Shown: positions 30,001 through 45,000 of the stretch, piece by piece | How the letters are laid out: the number at the start of each line of letters is the position of its first letter | How positions within the stretch are numbered: the stretch's first letter is position 1 | NCBI GenBank assembly: GCA_964247055.1 | Contig: OZ176052.1 | Coordinates: 14,355,446 to 14,419,445, forward strand | Source: Paragordius varius | Taxonomy: Eukaryota; Animalia; Nematomorpha | Direction of reading: 5' to 3' | DNA length: 64,000 bases | The notes under the pieces: generated by a model | What the model was told of the DNA's origin: nothing | The model's input: the letters and a program-made list of their open reading frames with translations, nothing else | The model's database searches: none | Position numbers and translations under genes: made by a program

Positions 30001-33000
30001 CCAAAAAAAATTATAGTGACATCACCTGATCAAATTTGGATTTTAGGTAACCATTTTTATTTTTAATATCGTATAAAATAAATTTTTTAAATATTTAAAA
30101 AATTCATAAAAATTACATTTATAGTCCGATCCCCAAAATATTTGGGGTGATGATGGAACTACCATAGGGCTACCCAAAAAAAATTATAGTGACATCACCT
30201 GATCAAATTTGGATTTTAGGTAGCCATTTTTATTTTTAAAATCGTATAAAATAAATTTTTTAAATATTTAAAAAATTCATAAAAATTACATTTATAGTCC
30301 GATCCCCAAAATATTTGGGGTGATGATGGAACTACCATAGGGCTACCCAAAAAAAATTATGGTGACATCACCTGATCAAATTTGGATTTTAGGTAGCCAT
30401 TTTTATTTTTGAAATCGTATAAAATAAATTTTTTAAATATTTAAAAAATTCATAAAAATTACATTTATACTCCGATCTCGAAAATATTTGGGGTGATGAT
30501 GGAACTACTATAGGGCTACCCAAAAAAATTATAGTGACATCACCTGATCAAATTTGGATTTTAGGTAGCCATTTTTATTTTTAAAATCGTATAAAATAAA
30601 TTTTTTAAATATTTAAAAAATTCATAAAAATTACATTTATAGTCCGATCCCCAAAATATTTGGGGTGATGATGGAACTACCATAGGGCTACCCAAAAAAA
30701 ATTATGGTGACATCACCTGATCAAATTTGGATTTTAGGTAGATATTTTTATTTTTAAAATCGTATAAAATAAATTTTTTAAATATTTAAAAAATTCATAA
30801 AAATTACATTTATACTCCGATCTCGAAAATATTTGGGGTGATGATGGAACTACCATAGGGCTACGCAAAAAAAATTATGGTGACATCACCTGATCAAATT
30901 TGGATTTTAGGTAGCCATTTTTATTTTTAAAATCGTATAAAATAAATTTTTTAAATATTTAAAAAATTCAAAAAAATTACATTTATACTCCGATCTCGAC
31001 AATATTTGGGGTGATGATGGAACTACCATAGGGCTACGCAAAAAAAATTATGGTGACATCACCTGATCAAATTTGGATTTTAGGTAGCCATTTTTATTTT
31101 TAAAATCGTATAAAATATATTTTTTAAATATTTAAAAAATTCATAAAAATTACATTTATACTCCGATCTCGAAAATATTTGGGGTGATGATGGAATTACC
31201 ATAGGGCTACCCACAAAAAATTATGGTGACATCACCTGATCAAATTTGGATTTTAGGTAGCCATTTTTATTTTTAAAATCGTATAAAATATATTTTTTAA
31301 ATATTTAAAAAATTCATAAAAATTACATTTATACTCCGATCTCGAAAATATTTGGGGTGATGATGGAACTACCATAGGGCTACCCAAAAAAAATTATAGT
31401 GACATCACCTGATCAAATTTGGATTTTAGGTAACCATTTTTATTTTTAATATCGTATAAAATAAATTTTTTAAATATTTAAAAAATTCATAAAAATTACA
31501 TTTATAGTCCGATCCCCAAAATATTTGGGGTGATGATGGAACTACCATAGGGCTACCCAAAAAAAATTATAGTGACATCACCTGATCAAATTTGGATTTT
31601 AGGTAGCCATTTTTATTTTTAAAATCGTATAAAATAAATTTTTTAAATATTTAAAAAATTCATAAAAATTACATTTATAGTCCGATCCCCAAAATATTTG
31701 GGGTGATGATGGAACTACCATAGGGCTACCCAAAAAAAATTATGGTGACATCACCTGATCAAATTTGGATTTTAGGTAGCCATTTTTATTTTTAAAATCG
31801 TATAAAATAAATTTTTTAAATATTTAAAAAATTCATAAAAATTACATTTATACTCCGATCTCGAAAATATTTGGGGTGATGATGGAACTACCATAGGGCT
31901 ACCCAAAAAAATTATAGTGACATCACCTGATCAAATTTGGATTTTAGGTAGCCATTTTTATTTTTGAAATCGTATAAAATAAATTTTTTAAATATTTAAA
32001 AAATTCATAAAAATTACATTTATACTCCGATCTCGAAAATATTTGGGGTGATGATGGAACTACTATAGGGCTACCCAAAAAAATTATAGTGACATCACCT
32101 GATCAAATTTGGATTTTAGGTAGCCATTTTTATTTTTAAAATCGTATAAAATAAATTTTTTAAATATTTAAAAAATTCATAAAAATTACATTTATAGTCC
32201 GATCCCCAAAATATTTGGGGTGATGATGGAACAACCATAGGGCTACGCAAAAAAAATTATGGCGACATCACCTGATCAAATTTGGATTTTAGGTAGCCAT
32301 TTTTATTTTTAAAATCGTATAAAATAAATTTTTTAAATATTTAAAAAATTCATAAAAATTACATTTATACTCCGATCTCGAAAATATTTGGGGTGATGAT
32401 GGAACTACCATAGGGCTACCCAAAAAAATTATAGTGACATCACCTGATCAAATTTGGATTTTAGGTAGCCATTTTTATTTTTAAAATCGTATAAAATAAA
32501 TTTTTTAAATATTTAAAAAATTCATAAAAATTACATTTATAGTCCGATCCCCAAAATATTTGGGGTGATGATGGAACTACCATAGGGCTACCCAAAAAAA
32601 ATTATGGTGACATCACCTGATCAAATTTGGATTTTAGGTAGATATTTTTATTTTTAAAATCGTATAAAATAAATTTTTTAAATATTTAAAAAATTCATAA
32701 AAATTACATTTATAGTCCGATCCCCAAAATATTTGGGGTGATGATGGAATTACCATAGGGCTACCCACAAAAAATTATGGTGACATCACCTGATCAAATT
32801 TGGATTTTAGGTAGCCATTTTTATTTTTAAAATCGTATAAAATATATTTTTTAAATATTTAAAAAATTCATAAAAATTACATTTATACTCCGATCTCGAA
32901 AATATTTGGGGTGATGATGGAACTACCATAGGGCTACCCAAAAAAAATTATAGTGACATCACCTGATCAAATTTGGATTTTAGGTAACCATTTTTATTTT

Positions 33001-36000
33001 TAATATCGTATAAAATAAATTTTTTAAATATTTAAAAAATTCATAAAAATTACATTTATAGTCCGATCCCCAAAATATTTGGGGTGATGATGGAACTACC
33101 ATAGGGCTACCCAAAAAAAATTATAGTGACATCACCTGATCAAATTTGGATTTTAGGTAGCCATTTTTATTTTTAAAATCGTATAAAATAAATTTTTTAA
33201 ATATTTAAAAAATTCATAAAAATTACATTTATAGTCCGATCCCCAAAATATTTGGGGTGATGATGGAACTACCATAGGGCTACCCAAAAAAAATTATGGT
33301 GACATCACCTGATCAAATTTGGATTTTAGGTAGCCATTTTTATTTTTGAAATCGTATAAAATAAATTTTTTAAATATTTAAAAAATTCATAAAAATTACA
33401 TTTATACTCCGATCTCGAAAATATTTGGGGTGATGATGGAACTACTATAGGGCTACCCAAAAAAATTATAGTGACATCACCTGATCAAATTTGGATTTTA
33501 GGTAGCCATTTTTATTTTTAAAATCGTATAAAATAAATTTTTTAAATATTTAAAAAATTCATAAAAATTACATTTATAGTCCGATCCCCAAAATATTTGG
33601 GGTGATGATGGAACTACCATAGGGCTACCCAAAAAAAATTATGGTGACATCACCTGATCAAATTTGGATTTTAGGTAGATATTTTTATTTTTAAAATCGT
33701 ATAAAATAAATTTTTTAAATATTTAAAAAATTCATAAAAATTACATTTATACTCCGATCTCGAAAATATTTGGGGTGATGATGGAACTACCATAGGGCTA
33801 CGCAAAAAAAATTATGGTGACATCACCTGATCAAATTTGGATTTTAGGTAGCCATTTTTATTTTTAAAATCGTATAAAATAAATTTTTTAAATATTTAAA
33901 AAATTCAAAAAAATTACATTTATACTCCGATCTCGACAATATTTGGGGTGATGATGGAACTACCATAGGGCTACGCAAAAAAAATTATGGTGACATCACC
34001 TGATCAAATTTGGATTTTAGGTAGCCATTTTTATTTTTAAAATCGTATAAAATATATTTTTTAAATATTTAAAAAATTCATAAAAATTACATTTATACTC
34101 CGATCTCGAAAATATTTGGGGTGATGATGGAATTACCATAGGGCTACCCACAAAAAATTATGGTGACATCACCTGATCAAATTTGGATTTTAGGTAGCCA
34201 TTTTTATTTTTAAAATCGTATAAAATATATTTTTTAAATATTTAAAAAATTCATAAAAATTACATTTATACTCCGATCTCGAAAATATTTGGGGTGATGA
34301 TGGAACTACCATAGGGCTACCCAAAAAAAATTATAGTGACATCACCTGATCAAATTTGGATTTTAGGTAACCATTTTTATTTTTAATATCGTATAAAATA
34401 AATTTTTTAAATATTTAAAAAATTCATAAAAATTACATTTATAGTCCGATCCCCAAAATATTTGGGGTGATGATGGAACTACCATAGGGCTACCCAAAAA
34501 AAATTATAGTGACATCACCTGATCAAATTTGGATTTTAGGTAGCCATTTTTATTTTTAAAATCGTATAAAATAAATTTTTTAAATATTTAAAAAATTCAT
34601 AAAAATTACATTTATAGTCCGATCCCCAAAATATTTGGGGTGATGATGGAACTACCATAGGGCTACCCAAAAAAAATTATGGTGACATCACCTGATCAAA
34701 TTTGGATTTTAGGTAGCCATTTTTATTTTTAAAATCGTATAAAATAAATTTTTTAAATATTTAAAAAATTCATAAAAATTACATTTATACTCCGATCTCG
34801 AAAATATTTGGGGTGATGATGGAACTACCATAGGGCTACCCAAAAAAATTATAGTGACATCACCTGATCAAATTTGGATTTTAGGTAGCCATTTTTATTT
34901 TTAAAATCGTATAAAATAAATTTTTTAAATATTTAAAAAATTCATAAAAATTACATTTATAGTCCGATCCCCAAAATATTTGGGGTGATGATGGAACTAC
35001 CATAGGGCTACCCAAAAAAAATTATGGTGACATCACCTGATCAAATTTGGATTTTAGGTAGCCATTTTTATTTTTAAAATCGTATAAAATAAATTTTTTA
35101 AATATTTAAAAAATTCATAAAAATTACATTTATACTCCGATCTCGAAAATATTTGGGGTGATGATGGAACTACCATAGGGCTACGCAAAAAAAATTATGG
35201 TGACATCACCTGATCAAATTTGGATTTTAGGTAGCCATTTTTATTTTTAAAATCGTATAAAATAAATTTTTTAAATATTTAAAAAATTCAAAAAAATTAC
35301 ATTTATACTCCGATCTCGACAATATTTGGGGTGATGATGGAACTACCATAGGGCTACGCAAAAAAAATTATGGTGACATCACCTGATCAAATTTGGATTT
35401 TAGGTAGCCATTTTTATTTTTAAAATCGTATAAAATAAATTTTTTAAATATTTAAAAAATTCAAAAAAATTACATTTATACTCCGATCTCGACAATATTT
35501 GGGGTGATGATGGAACTACCATAGGGCTACCCAAAAAAAATTATGGTGACATCACCTGATCAAATTTGGATTTTAGGTAGCCATTTTTATTTTTAAAATC
35601 GTATAAAATAAATTCTTTAAATATTTAAAAAATTCATAAAAATTACATTTATACTCCGATCTCGAAAATATTTGGGGTGATGATGGAACTACCATAGGGC
35701 TACCCAAAAAAAATTATGGTGACATCACCTGATCAAATTTGGATTTTAGGTAGCCATTTTTATTTTTAAAATTGTATAAAATAAATTTTTTAAATATTTA
35801 AAAAATTCATAAAAGTTACATTTATAGTCCGATCCCCAAAATATTTGTGGTGATGATGGAACTACCATAGGGCTACCCAAAAAAAATTATGGTGACATCA
35901 CCTGATCAAATTTGGATTTTAGGTAGCCATTTTTATTTTTAAAATCGTATAAAATAAATTTTTTAAATATTTAAAAAATTCATAAAAATTACATTTATAG

Positions 36001-39000
36001 TCCGATCCCCAAAATATTTGGGGTGATGATGGAACAACCATAGGGCTACGCAAAAAAAATTATGGCGACATCACCTGATCAAATTTGGATTTTAGGTAGC
36101 CATTTTTATTTTTAATATCGTATAAAATAAATTTTTTAAATATTTAAAAAATTCATAAAAATTACATTTATAGTCCGATCCCCAAAATATTTGGGGTGAT
36201 GATGGAACTACCATAGGGCTACCCAAAAAAAATTATAGTGACATCACCTGATCAAATTTGGATTTTAGGTAGCCATTTTTATTTTTAAAATCGTATAAAA
36301 TAAATTTTTTAAATATTTAAAAAATTCATAAAAATTACATTTATAGTCCGATCCCCAAAATATTTGGGGTGATGATGGAACAACCATAGGGCTACGCAAA
36401 AAAAATTATGGCGACATCACCTGATCAAATTTGGATTTTAGGTAGCCATTTTTATTTTTAAAATCGTATAAAATAAATTTTTTAAATATTGAAAAAATAC
36501 AAAAAAATTACATTTATACTCCGATCTCGAAAATATTTGGGGTGATGATGGAACTACCATAGGGCTACCCAAAAAAAATTATGGCGACATCACCTGATCA
36601 AATTTGGATTTTAGGTAGCCATTTTTATTTTTAAAATCGTATAAAATAAATTTTTTAAATGTTTAAAAAATTCATAAAAATTACATTTATAGTCCGATCC
36701 CCAAAATATTTGGGGTGATGATGGAATTACCATAGGGCTACCCAAAAAAAATTATGGTGACATCACCTGATCAAATTTGGATTTTAGGTAGCCATTTTTA
36801 TTTTTAAAATCGTATAAAATATATTTTTTAAATATTTAAAAAATTCATAAAAATTACATTTATACTCCGATCTCGAAAATATTTGGGGTGATGATGGAAC
36901 TACCCTAGGGCTACCCAAAAAAAATTATAGTGACATCACCTGATCAAATTTGGATTTTAGGTAACCATTTTTATTTTTAATATCGTATAAAATAAATTTT
37001 TTAAATATTTAAAAAATTCATAAAAATTACATTTATAGTCCGATCCCCAAAATATTTGGGGTGATGATGGAATTACCATAGGGCTACCCAAAAAAAATTA
37101 TGGTGACATCACCTGATCAAATTTGGATTTTAGGTAGCCATTTTTATTTTTAAAATCGTATAAAATATATTTTTTAAATATTTAAAAAATTCATAAAAAT
37201 TACATTTATACTCCGATCTCGAAAATATTTGGGGTGATGATGGAACTACCCTAGGGCTATTCAAAAAAAATTATAGTGACATCACCTGATCAAATTTGGA
37301 TTTTAGGTAACCATTTTTATTTTTAATATCGTATAAAATAAATTTTTTAAATATTTAAAAAATTCATAAAAATTACATTTATAGTCCGATCCCCAAAATA
37401 TTTGGGGTGATGATGGAACTACCATAGGGCTACCCAAAAAAAATTATAGTGACATCACCTGATCAAATTTGGATTTTAGGTAGCCATTTTTATTTTTAAA
37501 ATCGTATAAAATAAATTTTTTAAATATTTAAAAAATTCATAAAAATTACATTTATAGTCCGATCCTCAAAATATTTGGGGTGATGATGGAACTACCATAG
37601 GGCTACCCAAAAAAAATTATGGTGACATCACCTGATCAAATTTGGATTTTAGGTAGCCATTTTTATTTTTAAAATCGTATAAAATAAATTTTTTAAATAT
37701 TTAAAAAATTCATAAAAATTACATTTATACTCCGATCTCGAAAATATTTGGGGTGATGATGGAACTACCATAGGGCTACCCAAAAAAAATTATAGTGACA
37801 TCACCTGATCAAATTTGGATTTTAGGTAGCCATTTTTATTTTTAAAATCGTATAAAATAAATTTTTTAAATATTTAAAAAATTCATAAAAATTACATTTA
37901 TACTCCGATCTCGAAAATATTTGGGGTGATGATGGAACTACCATAGGGCTACCCAAAAAAAATTATGGTGACATCACCTGATCAAATTTGGATTTTAGGT
38001 AGCCATTTTTATTTTTAAAATTGTATAAAATAAATTTTTTAAATATTTAAAAAATTCATAAAAGTTACATTTATAGTCCGATCCCCAAAATATTTGTGGT
38101 GATGATGGAACTACCATAGGGCTACCCAAAAAAAATTATGGTGACATCACCTGATCAAATTTGGATTTTAGGTAGCCATTTTTATTTTTAAAATCGTATA
38201 AAATAAATTTTTTAAATATTTAAAAAATTCATAAAAATTACATTTATAGTCCGATCCCCAAAATATTTGGGGTGATGATGGAACAACCATAGGGCTACGC
38301 AAAAAAAATTATGGCGACATCACCTGATCAAATTTGGATTTTAGGTAGCCATTTTTATTTTTAATATCGTATAAAATAAATTTTTTAAATATTTAAAATG
38401 TTCATAAAAATTACATTTATAGTCCGATCCCCAAAATATTTGGGGTGATGATGGAACTACCATAGGGCTACCCAAAAAAAATTATAGTGACATCACCTGA
38501 TCAAATTTGGATTTTAGGTAGCCATTTTTATTTTTAAAATCGTATAAAATAAATTTTTTAAATATTTAAAAAATTCATAAAAATTACATTTATAGTCCGA
38601 TCCCCAAAATATTTGGGGTGATGATGGAACAACCATAGGGCTACGCAAAAAAAATTATGGCGACATCACCTGATCAAATTTGGATTTTAGGTAGCCATTT
38701 TTATTTTTAAAATCGTATAAAATAAATTTTTTAAATATTGAAAAAATACAAAAAAATTACATTTATACTCCGATCTCGAAAATATTTGGGGTGATGATGG
38801 AACTACCATAGGGCTACCCAAAAAAAATTATGGCGACATCACCTGATCAAATTTGGATTTTAGGTAGCCATTTTTATTTTTAAAATCGTATAAAATAAAT
38901 TTTTTAAATGTTTAAAAAATTCATAAAAATTACATTTATAGTCCGATCCCCAAAATATTTGGGGTGATGATGGAATTACCATAGGGCTACCCAAAAAAAA

Positions 39001-42000
39001 TTATGGTGACATCACCTGATCAAATTTGGATTTTAGGTAGCCATTTTTATTTTTAAAATCGTATAAAATATATTTTTTAAATATTTAAAAAATTCATAAA
39101 AATTACATTTATACTCCGATCTCGAAAATATTTGGGGTGATGATGGAACTACCCTAGGGCTACCCAAAAAAAATTATAGTGACATCACCTGATCAAATTT
39201 GGATTTTAGTTAACCATTTTTATTTTTAATATCGTATAAAATAAATTTTTTAAATATTTAAAAAATTCATAAAAATTACATTTATAGTCCGATCCCCAAA
39301 ATATTTGGGGTGATGATGGAATTACCATAGGGCTACCCAAAAAAAATTATGGTGACATCACCTGATCAAATTTGGATTTTAGGTAGCCATTTTTATTTTT
39401 AAAATCGTATAAAATATATTTTTTAAATATTTAAAAAATTCATAAAAATTACATTTATACTCCGATCTCGAAAATATTTGGGGTGATGATGGAACTACCC
39501 TAGGGCTATTCAAAAAAAATTATAGTGACATCACCTGATCAAATTTGGATTTTAGGTAACCATTTTTATTTTTAATATCGTATAAAATAAATTTTTTAAA
39601 TATTTAAAAAATTCATAAAAATTACATTTATAGTCCGATCCCCAAAATATTTGGGGTGATGATGGAACTACCATAGGGCTACCCAAAAAAAATTATAGTG
39701 ACATCACCTGATCAAATTTGGATTTTAGGTAGCCATTTTTATTTTTAAAATCGTATAAAATAAATTTTTTAAATATTTAAAAAATTCATAAAAATTACAT
39801 TTATAGTCCGATCCTCAAAATATTTGGGGTGATGATGGAACTACCATAGGGCTACCCAAAAAAAATTATGGTGACATCACCTGATCAAATTTGGATTTTA
39901 GGTAGCCATTTTTATTTTTAAAATCGTATAAAATAAATTTTTTAAATATTTAAAAAATTCATAAAAATTACATTTATACTCCGATCTCGAAAATATTTGG
40001 GGTGATGATGGAACTACCATAGGGCTACCCAAAAAAAATTATAGTGACATCACCTGATCAAATTTGGATTTTAGGTAGCCATTTTTATTTTTAAAATCGT
40101 ATAAAATAAATTTTTTAAATATTTAAAAAATTCATAAAAATTACATTTATAGTCCGATCCCCAAAATATTTGGGGTGATGATGGAACTACCATAGGGCTA
40201 CCCAAAAAAAATTATGGTGACATCACCTGATCAAATTTGGATTTTAGGTAGCCATTTTTATTTTTAAAATCGTATAAAATAAATTTTTTAAATATTTAAA
40301 AAATTCATAAAAATTACATTTATAGTCCGATCCCCAAAATATTTGGGGTGATGATGGAACAACCATAGGGCTACGCAAAAAAAATTATGGCGACATCACC
40401 TGATCAAATTTGGATTTTAGGTAGCCATTTTTATTTTTAATATCGTATAAAATAAATTTTTTAAATATTTAAAAAATTCATAAAAATTACATTTATAGTC
40501 CGATCCCCAAAATATTTGGGGTGATGATGGAACTACCATAGGGCTACCCAAAAAAAATTATAGTGACATCACCTGATCAAATTTGGATTTTATGTAGCCA
40601 TTTTTATTTTTAAAATCGTATAAAATAAATTTTTTAAATATTTAAAAAATTCATAAAAATTACATTTATAGTCCGATCCCCAAAATATTTGGGGTGATGA
40701 TGGAACAACCATAGGGCTACGCAAAAAAAATTATGGCGACATCACCTGATCAAATTTGGATTTTAGGTAGCCATTTTTATTTTTAAAATCGTATAAAATA
40801 AATTTTTTAAATATTGAAAAAATACAAAAAAATTACATTTATACTCCGATCTCGAAAATATTTGGGGTGATGATGGAACTACCATAGGGCTACCCAACAA
40901 AAATTATGGCGACATCACCTGATCAAATTTGGATTTTAGGTAGCCATTTTTATTTTTAAAATCGTATAAAATAAATTTTTTAAATGTTTAAAAAATTCAT
41001 AAAAATTACATTTATAGTCCGATCCCCAAAATATTTGGGGTGATGATGGAATTACCATAGGGCTACCCAAAAAAAATTATGGTGACATCACCTGATCAAA
41101 TTTGGATTTTAGGTAGCCATTTTTATTTTTAAAATCGTATAAAATATATTTTTTAAATATTTAAAAAATTCATAAAAATTACATTTATACTCCGATCTCG
41201 AAAATATTTGGGGTGATGATGGAACTACCCTAGGGCTACCCAAAAAAAATTATAGTGACATCACCTGATCAAATTTGGATTTTAGGTAACCATTTTTATT
41301 TTTAATATCGTATAAAATAAATTTTTTAAATATTTAAAAAATTCATAAAAATTACATTTATAGTCCGATCCCCAAAATATTTGGGGTGATGATGGAATTA
41401 CCATAGGGCTACCCAAAAAAAATTATGGTGACATCACCTGATCAAATTTGGATTTTAGGTAGCCATTTTTATTTTTAAAATCGTATAAAATATATTTTTT
41501 AAATATTTAAAAAATTCATAAAAATTACATTTATACTCCGATCTCGAAAATATTTGGGGTGATGATGGAACTACCCTAGGGCTATTCAAAAAAAATTATA
41601 GTGACATCACCTGATCAAATTTGGATTTTAGGTAACCATTTTTATTTTTAATATCGTATAAAATAAATTTTTTAAATATTTAAAAAATTCATAAAAATTA
41701 CATTTATAGTCCGATCCCCAAAATATTTGGGGTGATGATGGAACTACCATAGGGCTACCCAAAAAAAATTATAGTGACATCACCTGATCAAATTTGGATT
41801 TTAGGTAGCCATTTTTATTTTTAAAATCGTATAAAATAAATTTTTTAAATATTTAAAAAAGTCATAAAAATTACATTTATAGTCCGATCCTCAAAATATT
41901 TGGGGTGATGATGGAACTACCATAGGGCTACCCAAAAAAAATTATGGTGACATCACCTGATCAAATTTGGATTTTAGGTAGCCATTTTTATTTTTAAAAT

Positions 42001-45000
42001 CGTATAAAATAAATTTTTTAAATATTTAAAAAATTCATAAAAATTACATTTATACTCCGATCTCGAAAATATTTGGGGTGATGATGGAACTACCATAGGG
42101 CTACCCAAAAAAAATTATAGTGACATCACCTGATCAAATTTGGATTTTAGGTAGCCATTTTTATTTTTAAAATCGTATAAAATAAATTTTTTAAATATTT
42201 AAAAAATTCATAAAAATTACATTTATAGTCCGATCCCCAAAATATTTGGGGTGATGATGGAACTACCATAGGGCTACCCAAAAAAAATTATGGTGACATC
42301 ACCTGATCAAATTTGGATTTTAGGTAGCCATTTTTATTTTTAAAATCGTATAAAATAAATTTTTTAAATATTTAAAAAATTCATAAAAATTACATTTATA
42401 GTCCGATCCCCAAAATATTTGGGGTGATGATGGAACTACCATAGGGCTACCCAAAAAATATTATGGTGACATCACCTGATCAAATTTGGATTTTAGGTAG
42501 CCATTTTTATTTTTAAAATCGTATAAAATAAATTTTTTAAATATTGAAAAAATTCAAAAAAATTACATTTATACTCCGATCTCGAAAATATTTGGGGTGA
42601 TGATGGAACTACCATAGGGCTACCCAAAAAAAATTATGGCGACATCACCTGATCAAATTTGGATTTTAGGTAGCCATTTTTATTTTTAAAATCGTATAAA
42701 ATAAATTTTTTAAATGTTTAAAAAATTCATAAAAATTACATTTATAGTCCGATCCCCAAAATATTTGGGGTGATGATGGAATTACCATAGGGCTACCCAA
42801 AAAAAATTATGGTGACATCACCTGATCAAATTTGGATTTTAGGTAGCCATTTTGATTTTTAAAATCGTATAAAATATATTTTTTAAATATTTAAAAAATT
42901 CATAAAAATTACATTTATACTCCGATCTCGAAAATATTTGGGGTGATGATGGAACTACCATAGGGCTACCCAAAAAAAATTATAGTGACATCACCTGATC
43001 AAATTTGGATTTTAGGTAACCATTTTTATTTTTAATATCGTATAAAATAAATTTTTTAAATATTTAAAAAATTCATAAAAATTACATTTATAGTCCGATC
43101 CCCAAAATATTTGGGGTGATGATGGAACTACCATAGGGCTACCCAAAAAAAATTATAGTGACATCACCTGATCAAATTTGGATTTTAGGTAGCCATTTTT
43201 ATTTTTAAAATCGTATAAAATAAATTTTTTAAATATTTAAAAAATTCATAAAAATTACATTTATAGTCCGATCCCCAAAATATTTGGGGTGATGATGGAA
43301 CTACCATAGGGCTACCCAAAAAAAATTATGGTGACATCACCTGATCAAATTTGGATTTTAGGTAGCCATTTTTATTTTTAAAATCGTATAAAATAAATTT
43401 TTTAAATATTTAAAAAATTCATAAAAATTACATTTATACTCCGATCTCGAAAATATTTGGGGTGATGATGGAACTACCATAGGGCTACCCAAAAAAAATT
43501 ATGGTGACATCACCTGATCAAATTTGGATTTTAGGTAGCCATTTTTATTTTTAAAATTGTATAAAATCAATTTTTTAAATATTTAAAAAATTCATAAAAG
43601 TTACATTTATAGTCCGATCCCCAAAATATTTGGGGTGATGATGGAACTACCATAGGGCTACCCAAAAAAAATTATAGTGACATCACCTGATCAAATTTGG
43701 ATTTTAGGTAGCCATTTTTATTTTTAAAATCGTATAAAATAAATTTTTTAAATATTTAAAAAATTCATAAAAATTACATTTATAGTCCGATCCCCAAAAT
43801 ATTTGGGGTGATGATGGAACAACCATAGGGCTACGCAAAAAAAATTATGGCGACATCACCTGATCAAATTTGGATTTTAGGTAGCCATTTTTATTTTTAA
43901 TATCGTATAAAATAAATTTTTTAAATATTTAAAAAATTCATAAAAATTACATTTATAGTCCGATCCCCAAAATATTTGGGGTGATGATGGAACTACCATA
44001 GGGCTACCCAAAAAAAATTATAGTGACATCACCTGATCAAATTTGGATTTTAGGTAGCCATTTTTATTTTTAAAATCGTATAAAATAAATTTTTTAAATA
44101 TTTAAAAAATTCATAAAAATTACATTTATAGTCCGATCCCCAAAATATTTGGGGTGATGATGGAACAACCATAGGGCTACGCAAAAAAAATTATGGCGAC
44201 ATCACCTGATCAAATTTGGATTTTAGGTAGCCATTTTTATTTTTAAAATCGTATAAAATAAATTTTTTAAATATTGAAAAAATACAAAAAAATTACATTT
44301 ATACTCCGATCTCGAAAATATTTGGGGTGATGATGGAACTACCATAGGGCTACCCAAAAAAAATTATGGCGACATCACCTGATCAAATTTGGATTTTAGG
44401 TAGCCATTTTTATTTTTAAAATCGTATAAAATAAATTTTTTAAATGTTTAAAAAATTCATAAAAATTACATTTATAGTCCGATCCCCAAAATATTTGGGG
44501 TGATGATGGAATTACCATAGGGCTACCCAAAAAAAATTATGGTGACATCACCTGATCAAATTTGGATTTTAGGTAGCCATTTTTATTTTTAAAATCGTAT
44601 AAAATATATTTTTTAAATATTTAAAAAATTCATAAAAATTACATTTATACTCCGATCTCGAAAATATTTGGGGTGATGATGGAACTACCCTAGGGCTACC
44701 CAAAAAAAATTATAGTGACATCACCTGATCAAATTTGGATTTTAGGTAACCATTTTTATTTTTAATATCGTATAAAATAAATTTTTTAAATATTTAAAAA
44801 ATTCATAAAAATTACATTTATAGTCCGATCCCCAAAATATTTGGGGTGATGATGGAATTACCATAGGGCTACCCAAAAAAAATTATGGTGACATCACCTG
44901 ATCAAATTTGGATTTTAGGTAGCCATTTTTATTTTTAAAATCGTATAAAATATATTTTTTAAATATTTAAAAAATTCATAAAAATTACATTTATACTCCG